Assembly (NCBI GenBank): GCA_017427405.1
Contig: JAFRSV010000010.1
Span: 2,908 to 66,907 of the forward strand
Length of the DNA stretch: 64,000 bases
Direction of reading: 5' to 3'
Origin: Alphaproteobacteria bacterium
Lineage (GTDB): Bacteria; Pseudomonadota; Alphaproteobacteria; Rs-D84
Shown here: piece by piece, positions 1-9,700 of the stretch
How the letters are laid out: every line of letters starts with the position of its first letter
Position numbering within the stretch: the stretch's first letter is position 1
The notes under the pieces: model-generated
Told to the model about the DNA's origin: nothing
Databases searched by the model: none
Seen by the model: the letters and a program-made list of their open reading frames with translations, nothing else
Position numbers and translations under genes: made by a program

Positions 1-216
1 TCGGCCAAGAAAGAATTGGCGGATGAATTGGCAAAATCTGATGCGACCGCGGAATTACTGAAACAAAAGACCGAGGCATTATCCGAAAAAGCCATGAAAC
101 TTGGCGAAGCGGTGTATAAGGCACAACAAGAGGCGCAAAATGCCGCCGGTGCAAATGCGTCGGACGATAATAAGTCCGATGGCGCACGCGATGCCGATTT
201 TTCGGAAAAAAAGTAG
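1..216 (+). CDS. dnaK: Chaperone DnaK, C-terminal fragment (gene starts before the window)
   Basis: KTEALSEKAMKLGEAVYKAQQ...DADFSEKK is the typical DnaK C-terminus; TAG at 214-216. Confidence 0.9.
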   Translation, partial: SAKKELADELAKSDATAELLKQKTEALSEKAMKLGEAVYKAQQEAQNAAGANASDDNKSDGARDADFSEKK

Positions 217-217
217 T

Positions 218-358
218 TAGTGGTTAGTGTAAGTGCAAGTGTTAGTGAACCCGCCCAAATGGGCGGGTTTTATGGCACAAAAGATAGAAACGGCAAATGA
301 TCGATGGGTGCGGATGCGCCCATTTTCCACTAACACTAATCACTTACACTGACCACTA
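218..358. repeat. Inverted-repeat element with AGTG-based ~30 bp arms enclosing a terminator hairpin
   Basis: tagtggttagtgtaagtgcaagtgttagtg (218-247) vs reverse complement of cactaacactaatcacttacactgaccacta (328-358). Confidence 0.75.
248..271 (+). terminator. Intrinsic terminator after dnaK
   Basis: aacccgccca-aa-tgggcgggtt followed by T. Confidence 0.75.
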
Positions 359-360
359 TT

Positions 361-1614
361 TTAGCACCACCCGCGCAATTTCATTGCCGCGGCTATGCGT
401 TTTATTGAATACATATATGCGGCTTCGCGCATGCTGACATCGTATTCTTGCTTTATTTTATATATTGCATCAAATGCGGAAATCATGGCGGCGCGTTCTT
501 TGTCCGTGACTTCGCTTTCGGGCCAATAATAACCGTACCGATTTTGCACCCATTCAAAATATGAAACCGTCACGCCGCCGGCGTTCGCCAAAATGTCCGG
601 CACAATCATTACGCCACGTTTTAATAACAATTCTTCGGCGTCAAGTGTTGTTGGACCGTTCGCGCCCTCTACTATCAAATTGGTTTTGACGAGTGGTGCG
701 GTGTCGGTGTTTATCGTGTTTTCCATTGCGCAAGGACACAAAACATCCACCGGCAATCCCCAAAATTCGTTGGCGGTTATTACGGTTGCACCCGGGAAAT
801 CGGCAATGCTGCCTTTATTTATGTCCTTGTATTTCATAAGTGCATCAATATCGATACCGCTTTCATTATAAAGAATCGTATTCCATTCGGCGATTGCGAC
901 AATTTTTGCGCCCATATCAAATGCACATTTGGCGGTGAAACTGCCCACGTTGCCGAAACCCTGGATTGCGATTGTTGCGCCGTTTATATCTTTGTTCGTT
1001 GTTTTTAGTGCCGACGCGATTGTTGTTGCAATTCCAAAACCGGTCGCACTGGTCCGCCCCAGTGAGCCGTTCAATTCCACCGGTTTGCCGGTAAATGTGC
1101 CAAATGAATTGTCGCCCGAAAGTTTGATATATTCGTCAATCATCCATGACATAATTTGTCCGTTTGTGTTGACGTCCGGTGCCGGGACATCGGACTTTTC
1201 GCCAAGTATTGGATAAATTGCATCAACATATCCACGGCACAGTCGTTCCAATTCCCCCGCCGATAATGTTTTTGGGTCAACGATAATTCCGCCCTTGCCG
1301 CCCCCATACGGCAGACCCGTCACCGCACATTTGAATGTCATCCAAATTGAAAGTGCGGCAACTTCGTCACGTGACACGGCGGGATGAAAACGAATTCCAC
1401 CCTTGGATGGCCCAAGCGCGGTATTGTGTTGTGCGCGGAAACCTGTAAAGGTTTTAACAGATCCATCGTCCATTTTAACCGGAATTTGCACTTCTATAAT
1501 ACGGGCGGGGTTTTTAAGAATTTCGTAAATGTTGTTATCAAGCCCTAGTTTATTACATGCGGATTTTACGCGTGCCTGGGCCCCCAATAACGGATTAAGG
1601 TTTTCATTTGCCAT
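361..1614 (-). CDS. gdhA: Glutamate dehydrogenase (Glu/Leu/Phe/Val dehydrogenase family)
   Basis: GPSKGGIRFHP, GGGKGG, DVPAPDVNT, QGFGNVG, EGANGP, ANAGGVTVSYFEW. Confidence 0.95.
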   Translation of the reverse strand: MANENLNPLLGAQARVKSACNKLGLDNNIYEILKNPARIIEVQIPVKMDDGSVKTFTGFRAQHNTALGPSKGGIRFHPAVSRDEVAALSIWMTFKCAVTGLPYGGGKGGIIVDPKTLSAGELERLCRGYVDAIYPILGEKSDVPAPDVNTNGQIMSWMIDEYIKLSGDNSFGTFTGKPVELNGSLGRTSATGFGIATTIASALKTTNKDINGATIAIQGFGNVGSFTAKCAFDMGAKIVAIAEWNTILYNESGIDIDALMKYKDINKGSIADFPGATVITANEFWGLPVDVLCPCAMENTINTDTAPLVKTNLIVEGANGPTTLDAEELLLKRGVMIVPDILANAGGVTVSYFEWVQNRYGYYWPESEVTDKERAAMISAFDAIYKIKQEYDVSMREAAYMYSIKRIAAAMKLRGWC

Positions 1615-1661
1615 TGTTTTCTCCTTTGTTTTTTATGGTATACGCCCATACGGGTCAAAAA

Positions 1662-2216
1662 TCAATAAGATTCGCCAAGTTCTATGATATCACGGGCGCG
1701 CGACGACATGTTTTTTTGCATAAATTTCAAATATTCGTTCGCCGTGCCTGATGCAACACGATGTGCGCGCTGGGTTGTAAAGAAATTCGGACGGTATCCG
1801 CGTTCCCAGGCCAATCGTGTTCGGTCGGCATCCCACAAGCACGCAGAAATATAGTCACGGGGCGCAAGATTTTTCAATGAATGATTTTTGACCGCATATA
1901 TAATAGATTCGCGGGTGTTGTAATCCAGGGAATCAACTTTGTCCATAACGGTTTCGGCCAACGGGATTGCGTTTGGACCGTGAATAGTATCGTTCCCATC
2001 GTTTATACGTGCCATATCATGAAACGCACAAGCAAAAACAACCGGGTTCGGTTTTTTGCCAAGGCTTAGCGCATAATCAATTCCACGAAATACGACCGCC
2101 GCAGTATGCGTATAAAGTCCATGATAGCCATTTTTTGATTGAATAGCATATTTTTCAACAACTGGCATTATGTCCATTAGATACCAATCGAATGTTTTAG
2201 AAATAGAATATATCAT
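1662..2216 (-). CDS. HD-domain phosphohydrolase
   Basis: H...ACAFHDMAR...HG...H...WDADR pattern. Confidence 0.8.
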   Translation of the reverse strand: MIYSISKTFDWYLMDIMPVVEKYAIQSKNGYHGLYTHTAAVVFRGIDYALSLGKKPNPVVFACAFHDMARINDGNDTIHGPNAIPLAETVMDKVDSLDYNTRESIIYAVKNHSLKNLAPRDYISACLWDADRTRLAWERGYRPNFFTTQRAHRVASGTANEYLKFMQKNMSSRARDIIELGESY

Positions 2217-2349
2217 AATTTTTTCCTTTGGGTTCTATGCAAGGTGTCTTTTAATTTATCGCGATTTTTATCAAATGCAAATTTTTTTATCGCCACTCTG
2301 TGCGATTAATACGATTTTGTAAAATTGTCGGTGTGTTTTCGCCTATAAC

Positions 2350-3429
2350 TTATTTCTTTTCGCCAATATAGATACCCATTGCCGTCGCGACGTTCAATAA
2401 TGGATCATCTGGTTCAATGTATGCATTTGCGGTTTTGACCGCCGGAATGTTCGGGTCGGCCCTAACATCGCCTGCGGCATAGAATTCCGCAAGTGGCACC
2501 GTCACGCAATCGTTTCCCCGCAGCGCCGTCATAACATATGTTTCATTATTTTCAATTGCATCCAATGCGCACATCGCCATTTTTGTGGCAAGCAACCTGT
2601 CGCCCGCCACCGTATCACCGGCACGTTGAACATAGTCCGGAAATGCCGTTCGGTTCGTAATTCCCGCCGCGGTAAGTTTGCGCGCAATCATATCCGCCGG
2701 ACGTCCCGAATGCCCGCGCAGTGTTATGCCTTCGGACACCATAATAATACCATAATCACGGTCCACAGATTTTATGTGTTGCACCAATTCATCAATATCG
2801 AACTTTATTTCCGGAACCAAAATCGCATCGGCACCAACCGCAATTCCCGCGTGCAGGGCAAGCCGCCCACAATCACGTCCCATTGATTGCACCACGAACC
2901 ATCTATGATGACTGCGTGCCGTCAAAAGTATCTGGTCACAATAACGGGTCAATTGTTCCACCGCCGTATCAAACCCGATTGTTCGGTCGGTAAGTGGTAT
3001 ATCAAAATCAATTGTCTTTGGAATGCATACCAGCGACAAATCACGATAAATTTCACGGTTTAGCCAGGCGAGTGAAAAACTGCCATTGCCACCGACAAGA
3101 ATCAGTGCATCAAGTTTTAATTTCATCAATGCATCGCGCAGGGTTTTGTTAAACTCTTTTATGCGCCCGGTCTGAATCGCCTTTTCAAAATTCAGCATAC
3201 ACGCGTGCCCATTGTGCAGGAAACTGCCCGCGAGTCTGGCGTTTTCAATCGGCACGGTTTCCGGATTCATTTCTATTACATTTATCGGCTTGCAACAAAG
3301 TCCGTCCGTTCCATCAACAATTCCGTAAACCCGCCACCCGCGAACACTTGCACCACGTGCAACACGATTTATCACGGTGTTAAGGCCACTGCAATCGCCA
3401 CCCGTTGTCATAATTGCTATCTTTTTCAT
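2350..3429 (-). CDS. pfkA: 6-phosphofructokinase (PfkA family)
   Basis: TTGGDCSGLN, GGNGS, PKTID, TIGFDTA, MGR, QRAG; start at MKKIAIM with GGAG RBS. Confidence 0.9.
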   Translation of the reverse strand: MKKIAIMTTGGDCSGLNTVINRVARGASVRGWRVYGIVDGTDGLCCKPINVIEMNPETVPIENARLAGSFLHNGHACMLNFEKAIQTGRIKEFNKTLRDALMKLKLDALILVGGNGSFSLAWLNREIYRDLSLVCIPKTIDFDIPLTDRTIGFDTAVEQLTRYCDQILLTARSHHRWFVVQSMGRDCGRLALHAGIAVGADAILVPEIKFDIDELVQHIKSVDRDYGIIMVSEGITLRGHSGRPADMIARKLTAAGITNRTAFPDYVQRAGDTVAGDRLLATKMAMCALDAIENNETYVMTALRGNDCVTVPLAEFYAAGDVRADPNIPAVKTANAYIEPDDPLLNVATAMGIYIGEKK

Positions 3430-3536
3430 GTTTTCTCCATTTTTCCGAACAATTATATCATAAATAAGTTGACAAAGAAACATTTTTTATGCTATTTTGT
3501 CTATTGAAAAAAACATCACATAACGGGAGATACAAA

Positions 3537-4700
3537 ATGGCAAACAATAATACCGCCACCATGGGTAAAACAAAACGTTCCACCGACAGCATGATTGACG
3601 ATGCAATCGCACGCCAAGATGGCTGGCTTTCGCGCCGCCGTCGTTTTACACGTAAATTTCTAAAATCCCTTAATGATGGTGAAGAAGAACAGGGCGCAAA
3701 GCCAGAAAAAAAAGTTTCCCGCGCGGAAGACGAAGAACCCAAAAAATCTGTGTTACGCGAATACTGGTTCCCTATTGCTTGTGCAATTATTGTTTTATTC
3801 GTCGCGATTTGGGCAATGTTTTCACAAACAAACGCCGGCCGTGATGTTGTCATTGTGCGCGCACCCAACCCAGTGGAAATTAAAACAACAATTAAAACGA
3901 ATCAAAAGCCATCACCAACAACGACAACCGACAAACCGTCCTTTGATATCGTTCGCATAAAGCCAAATGGCATGATTGTTGTGGCGGGCCGGTGGCAACC
4001 AAATAAAAATGTTTCGATTGTTTTGAATAACAAAATCATCGCGACCGAACGAACAAATGACGATGGCGAATTTGTTTATGCACCGGGCCGCGGGTTAAAA
4101 CCGGGCAACTATACAATGTCATTGGTCGGTACGAAACCGGACAAAAAATCCGAAGACACGGTGTTCCTTTATGTATCTGATGTCGATTATCGCAATTCTG
4201 TATCATTACTTATGACCAAGGACGGCAGTCACGTTATGCAATCGCCCGCGATACTAAAAGACGGCGATTTGATTGTTTCGAAAATCGACTATCTTGATAC
4301 CGGGCGTCTTGTCGTCACCGGAAACGCGTTGCCGCGCCTGCGCGTGTCACTTTCATTAAACGATATGTTCCTTGGGGATGCACGCGTATCGGATTACAAG
4401 AATTTTGGAATCGGTGCGGATGTTGGTAAATTGACACCGGGACGGGAATATACACTCGGGGTTCGTTTACATGATGCGGACGGCCAAACAATCGCGACCG
4501 TAAATCATAATTTTGTTATGCCGGAAATGACGGGCGATAACGACACATTCTATACAGTGCGTCGTGGCGATTGTTTGTGGGTCATTGCACGGAACTTTCT
4601 GCGCCGCGGTGTATTGTTTAGCATTATTGCCGAACGCAACGCCATTGAAAACCCGGATTTGATTTTCCCGGAACAACTATTGCAAATTCCAATGAAGTAA
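3537..4700 (+). CDS. Membrane-anchored Ig-like/LysM peptidoglycan-binding protein
   Basis: One TM helix, PSFDIVRI Ig-like domain, C-terminal LysM YTVRRGDCLWVIA...NPDLIFPEQLLQIP. Confidence 0.85.
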   Translation: MANNNTATMGKTKRSTDSMIDDAIARQDGWLSRRRRFTRKFLKSLNDGEEEQGAKPEKKVSRAEDEEPKKSVLREYWFPIACAIIVLFVAIWAMFSQTNAGRDVVIVRAPNPVEIKTTIKTNQKPSPTTTTDKPSFDIVRIKPNGMIVVAGRWQPNKNVSIVLNNKIIATERTNDDGEFVYAPGRGLKPGNYTMSLVGTKPDKKSEDTVFLYVSDVDYRNSVSLLMTKDGSHVMQSPAILKDGDLIVSKIDYLDTGRLVVTGNALPRLRVSLSLNDMFLGDARVSDYKNFGIGADVGKLTPGREYTLGVRLHDADGQTIATVNHNFVMPEMTGDNDTFYTVRRGDCLWVIARNFLRRGVLFSIIAERNAIENPDLIFPEQLLQIPMK

Positions 4701-4713
4701 AAAGGACATTATT

Positions 4714-5922
4714 ATGAAACAAGAAAATGTTTTTGTTAGCACCAAGGATATGGTACGTATTACCGAAGAATTATACAATTTAACTCGTAATTATAGTGAA
4801 AGCCAAAAAGCGAAGTTACAATGGGCAACACGGAAACTTTTAACATATTTGAACAGTCAACAACATATTTATAACATGGAATATTTTGTAACAAATAATA
4901 AAACATTCCAAACAAAATTTAATTCTATGATGACGCAAATAATGAATACAATGGAACGTTGTGATGCCGAAACATCACCCGCAGAAAAGGTTTTGACTGA
5001 CATTGAAATTATCGTTGCACTAAATCAAAATCAAAAATTAATTAATCGATGCGCCAACCCGTCGGTCGAATTACAAATGTACATCTGTAAAAAAGATCCA
5101 GCAAACTTCAAGTATATAAAACATCCTGCACCAGAAGTTGTAAATTTCGTTATTATAGAAAAGAAACATTATGATGCAATAAAATACACGGACACTGCCC
5201 TGTTACCAACCAATGTAAAGATTGCCGCATTTACCGAAGGTAATCTGCCAGACAACAAATTTAACAAAACCGAAATTTTGAACTATCTAGAGAACGATCC
5301 GGATGCCATAACTGTATGCACCACACAATTTGTCCAAGCACTGGAATCTAGACACAAATTATTTACGCCTGCGGAATTAGAGCGATTTCGTCTTGCATTA
5401 ATAAGAATCCAGGCTAAAATAAGCCACAACGGTCTTGAAATGGTTTCAAACCGTCCAGGTTTAGGACGACAAATATATACCAAACAAGGAATATACAACC
5501 CTATTGAACCCAAGACACCTCAAGAATTTTTCATAAAATACATGAATAACCCGGGTTCAAATATTTGTAGCGAATCTGTTTATCTAATGCCTTATTCTAT
5601 TAAAGAAATTGGTTCTCAATCAGAGGCATTACAAGAAATCGCACTGCGCCAAGGTTTTGAAAAATCTTTTGATTTAAATCGCATTTATTCGTACCTTCGC
5701 AATCCTTCGGATAGGATACAAATGCTTTATTCAATTATGTGCCAAATACGACAATTAGCAACAATGAAAAACTTACCAAAAACTTTATATAATGATCTTT
5801 TGAACGAAGCACATAAATATGGAATCCCTACAACAATTGTGAAGAAATCATTGCATGTTTTGGGAACCAGCATTGAACAAAAACTGCGTAAAAAAATGAA
5901 TCAACGTGTTTATGGAGTATAA
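4714..5922 (+). CDS. Hypothetical protein with short helical repeats (DUF4116-like)
   Basis: 402-aa ORF with AAGGA RBS; NPSVELQ...YIKHPAPEV and NPSDRIQ units. Confidence 0.6.
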   Translation: MKQENVFVSTKDMVRITEELYNLTRNYSESQKAKLQWATRKLLTYLNSQQHIYNMEYFVTNNKTFQTKFNSMMTQIMNTMERCDAETSPAEKVLTDIEIIVALNQNQKLINRCANPSVELQMYICKKDPANFKYIKHPAPEVVNFVIIEKKHYDAIKYTDTALLPTNVKIAAFTEGNLPDNKFNKTEILNYLENDPDAITVCTTQFVQALESRHKLFTPAELERFRLALIRIQAKISHNGLEMVSNRPGLGRQIYTKQGIYNPIEPKTPQEFFIKYMNNPGSNICSESVYLMPYSIKEIGSQSEALQEIALRQGFEKSFDLNRIYSYLRNPSDRIQMLYSIMCQIRQLATMKNLPKTLYNDLLNEAHKYGIPTTIVKKSLHVLGTSIEQKLRKKMNQRVYGV

Positions 5923-5924
5923 AA

Positions 5925-6092
5925 ATGAGTGAAAATCCTTATAACATAAAAACAACTTATTATAGACGTGGGCAACGTTTACGTGCTGTTTCCACCGGGG
6001 CAAAACAAAAAACAATTCGACCACAACGTAATCACAAAAGGGTTCGTGGCGGATGGGATTTAACAAAGTTTTACACGGAACACGAAAGGTAA
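5925..6092 (+). CDS. Small basic hypothetical protein (55 aa, not in ORF track)
   Basis: MSENPYNIKTTYYRRGQRLR...TEHER*, GGAG upstream, fills the gap between two co-oriented genes. Confidence 0.5.
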   Translation: MSENPYNIKTTYYRRGQRLRAVSTGAKQKTIRPQRNHKRVRGGWDLTKFYTEHER

Positions 6093-6097
6093 TAACC

Positions 6098-6370
6098 ATG
6101 AATGAACAACGATATAAAGTCATACTTAATATGGCGGGAAATCCAAAGCCACGGGACGAACAAGACTGGGAAGAATTAATCCAAGGATTTCGTGTTTTGC
6201 AAAACAACGTCACCGTATCCGTCGGTCGCGATATTTTGCAGGAAATAATTGATACAATAAATTCATTACAATCCAACAAACCGAAACCCAAGGTATATAG
6301 GGCCAAGGTCAAAAGATTAGCCGAATTAGAAGCCTTGGTTATGAAAAATAACAGTTTGCATTCGCGTTAA
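6098..6370 (+). CDS. Hypothetical protein
   Basis: MNEQRYK...SLHSR*, AAGG upstream. Confidence 0.6.
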   Translation: MNEQRYKVILNMAGNPKPRDEQDWEELIQGFRVLQNNVTVSVGRDILQEIIDTINSLQSNKPKPKVYRAKVKRLAELEALVMKNNSLHSR

Positions 6371-6422
6371 TTTTTTTCCACTGGACAATTCTGTTGGATT
6401 GATATAGAATCCATCACACATC

Positions 6423-6496
6423 GCGGGCGTGGTATAATGGCAGCACGAAAGCTTCCCAAGCTTTAGACGAGGGTTCGATTCCCTTCGCCCGCACCA
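6423..6496 (+). tRNA. tRNA-Gly (anticodon CCC)
   Basis: GCGGGCG/CGCCCGC acceptor stem, AAAGC-TT-CCC-AA-GCTTT anticodon arm, GGTTCGATTCC T-arm, encoded CCA. Confidence 0.95.
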
Positions 6497-6737
6497 AAAA
6501 TAAAACCGATCGTGTGTCGGTTATATTTTTGGTCGTGTGGAACAGATGTTGAATCGAACCCGAAAGAGTTGCCAACGGCAACGAGGGGGTTCGGAACAAG
6601 CGAAGCGCAGTGAAAGGGGCCCATGAACAAAGTGAATGGGAATTACATTCCCTTCGCCCGCACCAAAAATTCAGCCGGCATTTTGCCGGTTTAATTTTTG
6701 CATGTGGCAACGGAAGAGAACCCGAAAGAGTTGCCAA
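6478..6737 (+). repeat. tRNA-linked tandem repeat duplicating the tRNA-Gly 3' end
   Basis: attcccttcgcccgcaccaaaaat at 6478-6501 and 6647-6670; gaacccgaaagagttgccaa at 6556-6575 and 6718-6737. Confidence 0.85.
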
Positions 6738-6763
6738 GAATAAAGTATTTTTTTAAAAGTTCT

Positions 6764-9700
6764 CTACAACCGTGTCTTGTAATATGTGTCTATAAAATAT
6801 TTTTTGAATGTGTTTGGTTGCAAGTGCATCGCAGCAATATCTAATTCACCATGTGGCATTGTCCGCAGACCTGCTCTTTGAAGGAGCGAGTTTACTTCGT
6901 TCATAAATAATGAATTATTTATTTGCCCATATGGTCGTGCATTTGCGGCATATTGGTAATGTTCCGCAATCTTTTCTAAAATAGTCCTCTCGGAAGCGTT
7001 ACGTTTAATCAAATCCAATGCTTCTTTGGACGTTCTATACATCTGTTCATAATAAGGGCGCAATGCATCGCCACCATCTGGGTACCAGTGATAAAATGTT
7101 CCACCCAGATTTTGATTTATTGGCAAGTTGCCTTTTGGTATTCCAGGCAAATTAACAGTTGATGTGTTTGCAACTCTGAATGGGTCTCCATATTGTTTAG
7201 CAACTTGTTCGACCTTTTGGGCTTGTGCGCCTCTGCTATTTCTTGGTCTACCTTTACCCCTTATTTTTCCGGGGTTAACATCCATACCACCTTGACCCGC
7301 GTCTGCGTACCAATTTAAATTTCCGTTTGCACCATTTGCAGAAACGCGATGCATATTATTCATTGTCTCAATATAATCATCGGCGCTTCTTGTATATTTT
7401 CCAGAATCAATAACATCGTTAAGATATTTCCTTGCATCCCGAGATGCAGATATATAATCCCCATTTATTACTTTCCCTTCATTACCAACAACACGAACAA
7501 GTTCATTTGGATCCAATAACACACCATTGGTTCCACCAACTTTGCCAGACATTCTTGCAACGTCGTCCGACAACATTAGTCGTAAATCTCGCTCAAAATT
7601 TTTACCTACATTTTCACCAACCAAGAAACCTTCTTGTTCTGTAAGCAATTTTTGATAGTTTCCGTTCTTAGAAACGAGCTTTCTCCCAAAAATTTCAGTG
7701 CTCGTTACTCCTTTTTCGTCTTCTCCATGCATAATTGCTATTCTTGTAAATCGTTCATCTATCGAACTTTGTGCTGGTGCATTTAAAACAATACTATGAG
7801 CATGTTCATGAGCCAAAGCTGTCATTGCATCATCTAAACTGGTATTTGGGGATATGTTTATCAATTTGTGACTAGCATCATGTACATGGCCGCTATTTAA
7901 ACTTATAGTTATATTTCCCCCTTCGGCGTAACGAGTTTCACCACCTACACCACTCCATGTAACATTCACATTACAAGAGTGTCCATTACAGTGTATTTGA
8001 CTGAACCTGTCAACTAAAGTTTGCATAAAATCCTGTTTTTTGCCTGCCGATAAATTCTTCCACTTTAATGCTTTGTCCGATAAATTTTTATCATTAGCAA
8101 TTATACTCATATATATTTGTCGTCTTTGGGAAGCTATGCGTAACGCTTTTGCTCTATCAAATTTTGTAGCTAAATAATCAACAACTTTTTGATGGTATTT
8201 CAGCCATGCGCTTTTTTCCATTGCTTCAGTTGTAGCTTTCGACGCATCATCAAGATAATCCATAGCAAAATCTGTCAATTGTTGATCTCGTACAGCACCT
8301 ATATAATCTGTTTCTGAATTTAGTATACTGGTTGCCCTACGAAATGCCGGGGATTCGACTTCGGCTACAACATCTGCGACATTATCCGCTTTATCTGAAT
8401 TTCTGGCCGCATCCGCCACATCACCAGTTTTCTTTGCAGTATTATCCGCCGAACTTGCACCATCCAACGCGCCACGTCCGGTATTACTCACCCCGACACT
8501 ATTCTCCACATTTGCTGTTGCTTTCGGCGCGCCTTTTGGTGCTTGCGTATTCAACTTTCTCATTGCAGCATTGTAATCATCGGCATTATCAAATATCGCG
8601 ACAACTTCTTTACCGTCTTCCTTGATAACCGCAACATGCTCGACCCCAAGTTCCTTCATATTATCAACCATTTGTTGTAATGATCCGGGACGTTCCACAG
8701 GCGGTGTAAATTTATAAAAATCAACCCCCAATCCGTTTGTTTGTTTTGATGACGGAACAAATGTATTTCCCGTAAGCCCGGATTGTATTTTTAATTTTTC
8801 TATATCTGATATGGGACTGGTCGTAACTTTTCCTGATTTTATCGTCGCATTTAAATCTTTCGTAAAGTTGGTTCCTACAACTTCATTAATGCCGCGAGAG
8901 CTGCGCTCAGTGGCCCCCATCAAATATTCCGCATAATCTTCCCAGGTATCTGTGTTTGATACCCCGAATTTATGTCCAAATTGGTTTCCCCCAACCGCAA
9001 CCTTTTCCGCGTACGACCCATCCATAATATGCCCATGCTCATGCGCAACCACGGCCATGGTATTATCCAACTTGTTTCCATACCCCAAATCAACCGGAGA
9101 ATCATTTAACATATATATGATCTTTTTATCAGAATCTGCGAAACCGAGCGCCCGTGCATCCATTTCCGCATCACCACCAATTTCTACCCAAGAATCAACA
9201 TATTTTATTCTTGTTTTCGTATCCACCCCAAAAGACACATCCAATTTCTTAACAACTTGATTCATAAAGTTCTCTTTCTGGGTCTTTGATAATTTATCAA
9301 AATTCTGTGCCTGTCGCCTTAATGATGGGTCTGACGAAATGATATTAAGCAATTTTTCTTTATATTGTGTCCCATTTGCAATAATTGCATCTACACTTAT
9401 ATCACTAGAAGTTATGTGTCGTATTTCTGTTTGAATGGGATCAAGATCGTTCATCAGTTTGTTATATTCCGCGACTTCATTCTTGGTTAATTTCGCGCCA
9501 TCACTTAATTCCTTGTTCACACTTTCAAGTCGTTTTGCCTCTTCTGCGGATAATGTTCCTTTGCGTTGCGCTGCAATCAGTTCACGCTGTGTTCGTTCCA
9601 GTTCTTGTTGATGGGCAAGTTTGTTACGCAAAACGGTAAATCTTTGCATCTCTGGTTCTGCGGCCTTTGCGAGTGCTTTTTGATTTAATGGCAAATAGTT

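Noticed and set aside
6478-6670. attL/attR of an integrated island at tRNA-Gly
   Set aside because: Only 169 bp between copies and no integrase; kept as a tRNA-linked repeat instead.
6414-6737. 107-aa minus-strand ORF; likewise 45932..46132 and 45996..46250
   Set aside because: Shadow ORFs across tRNA genes and repeats.
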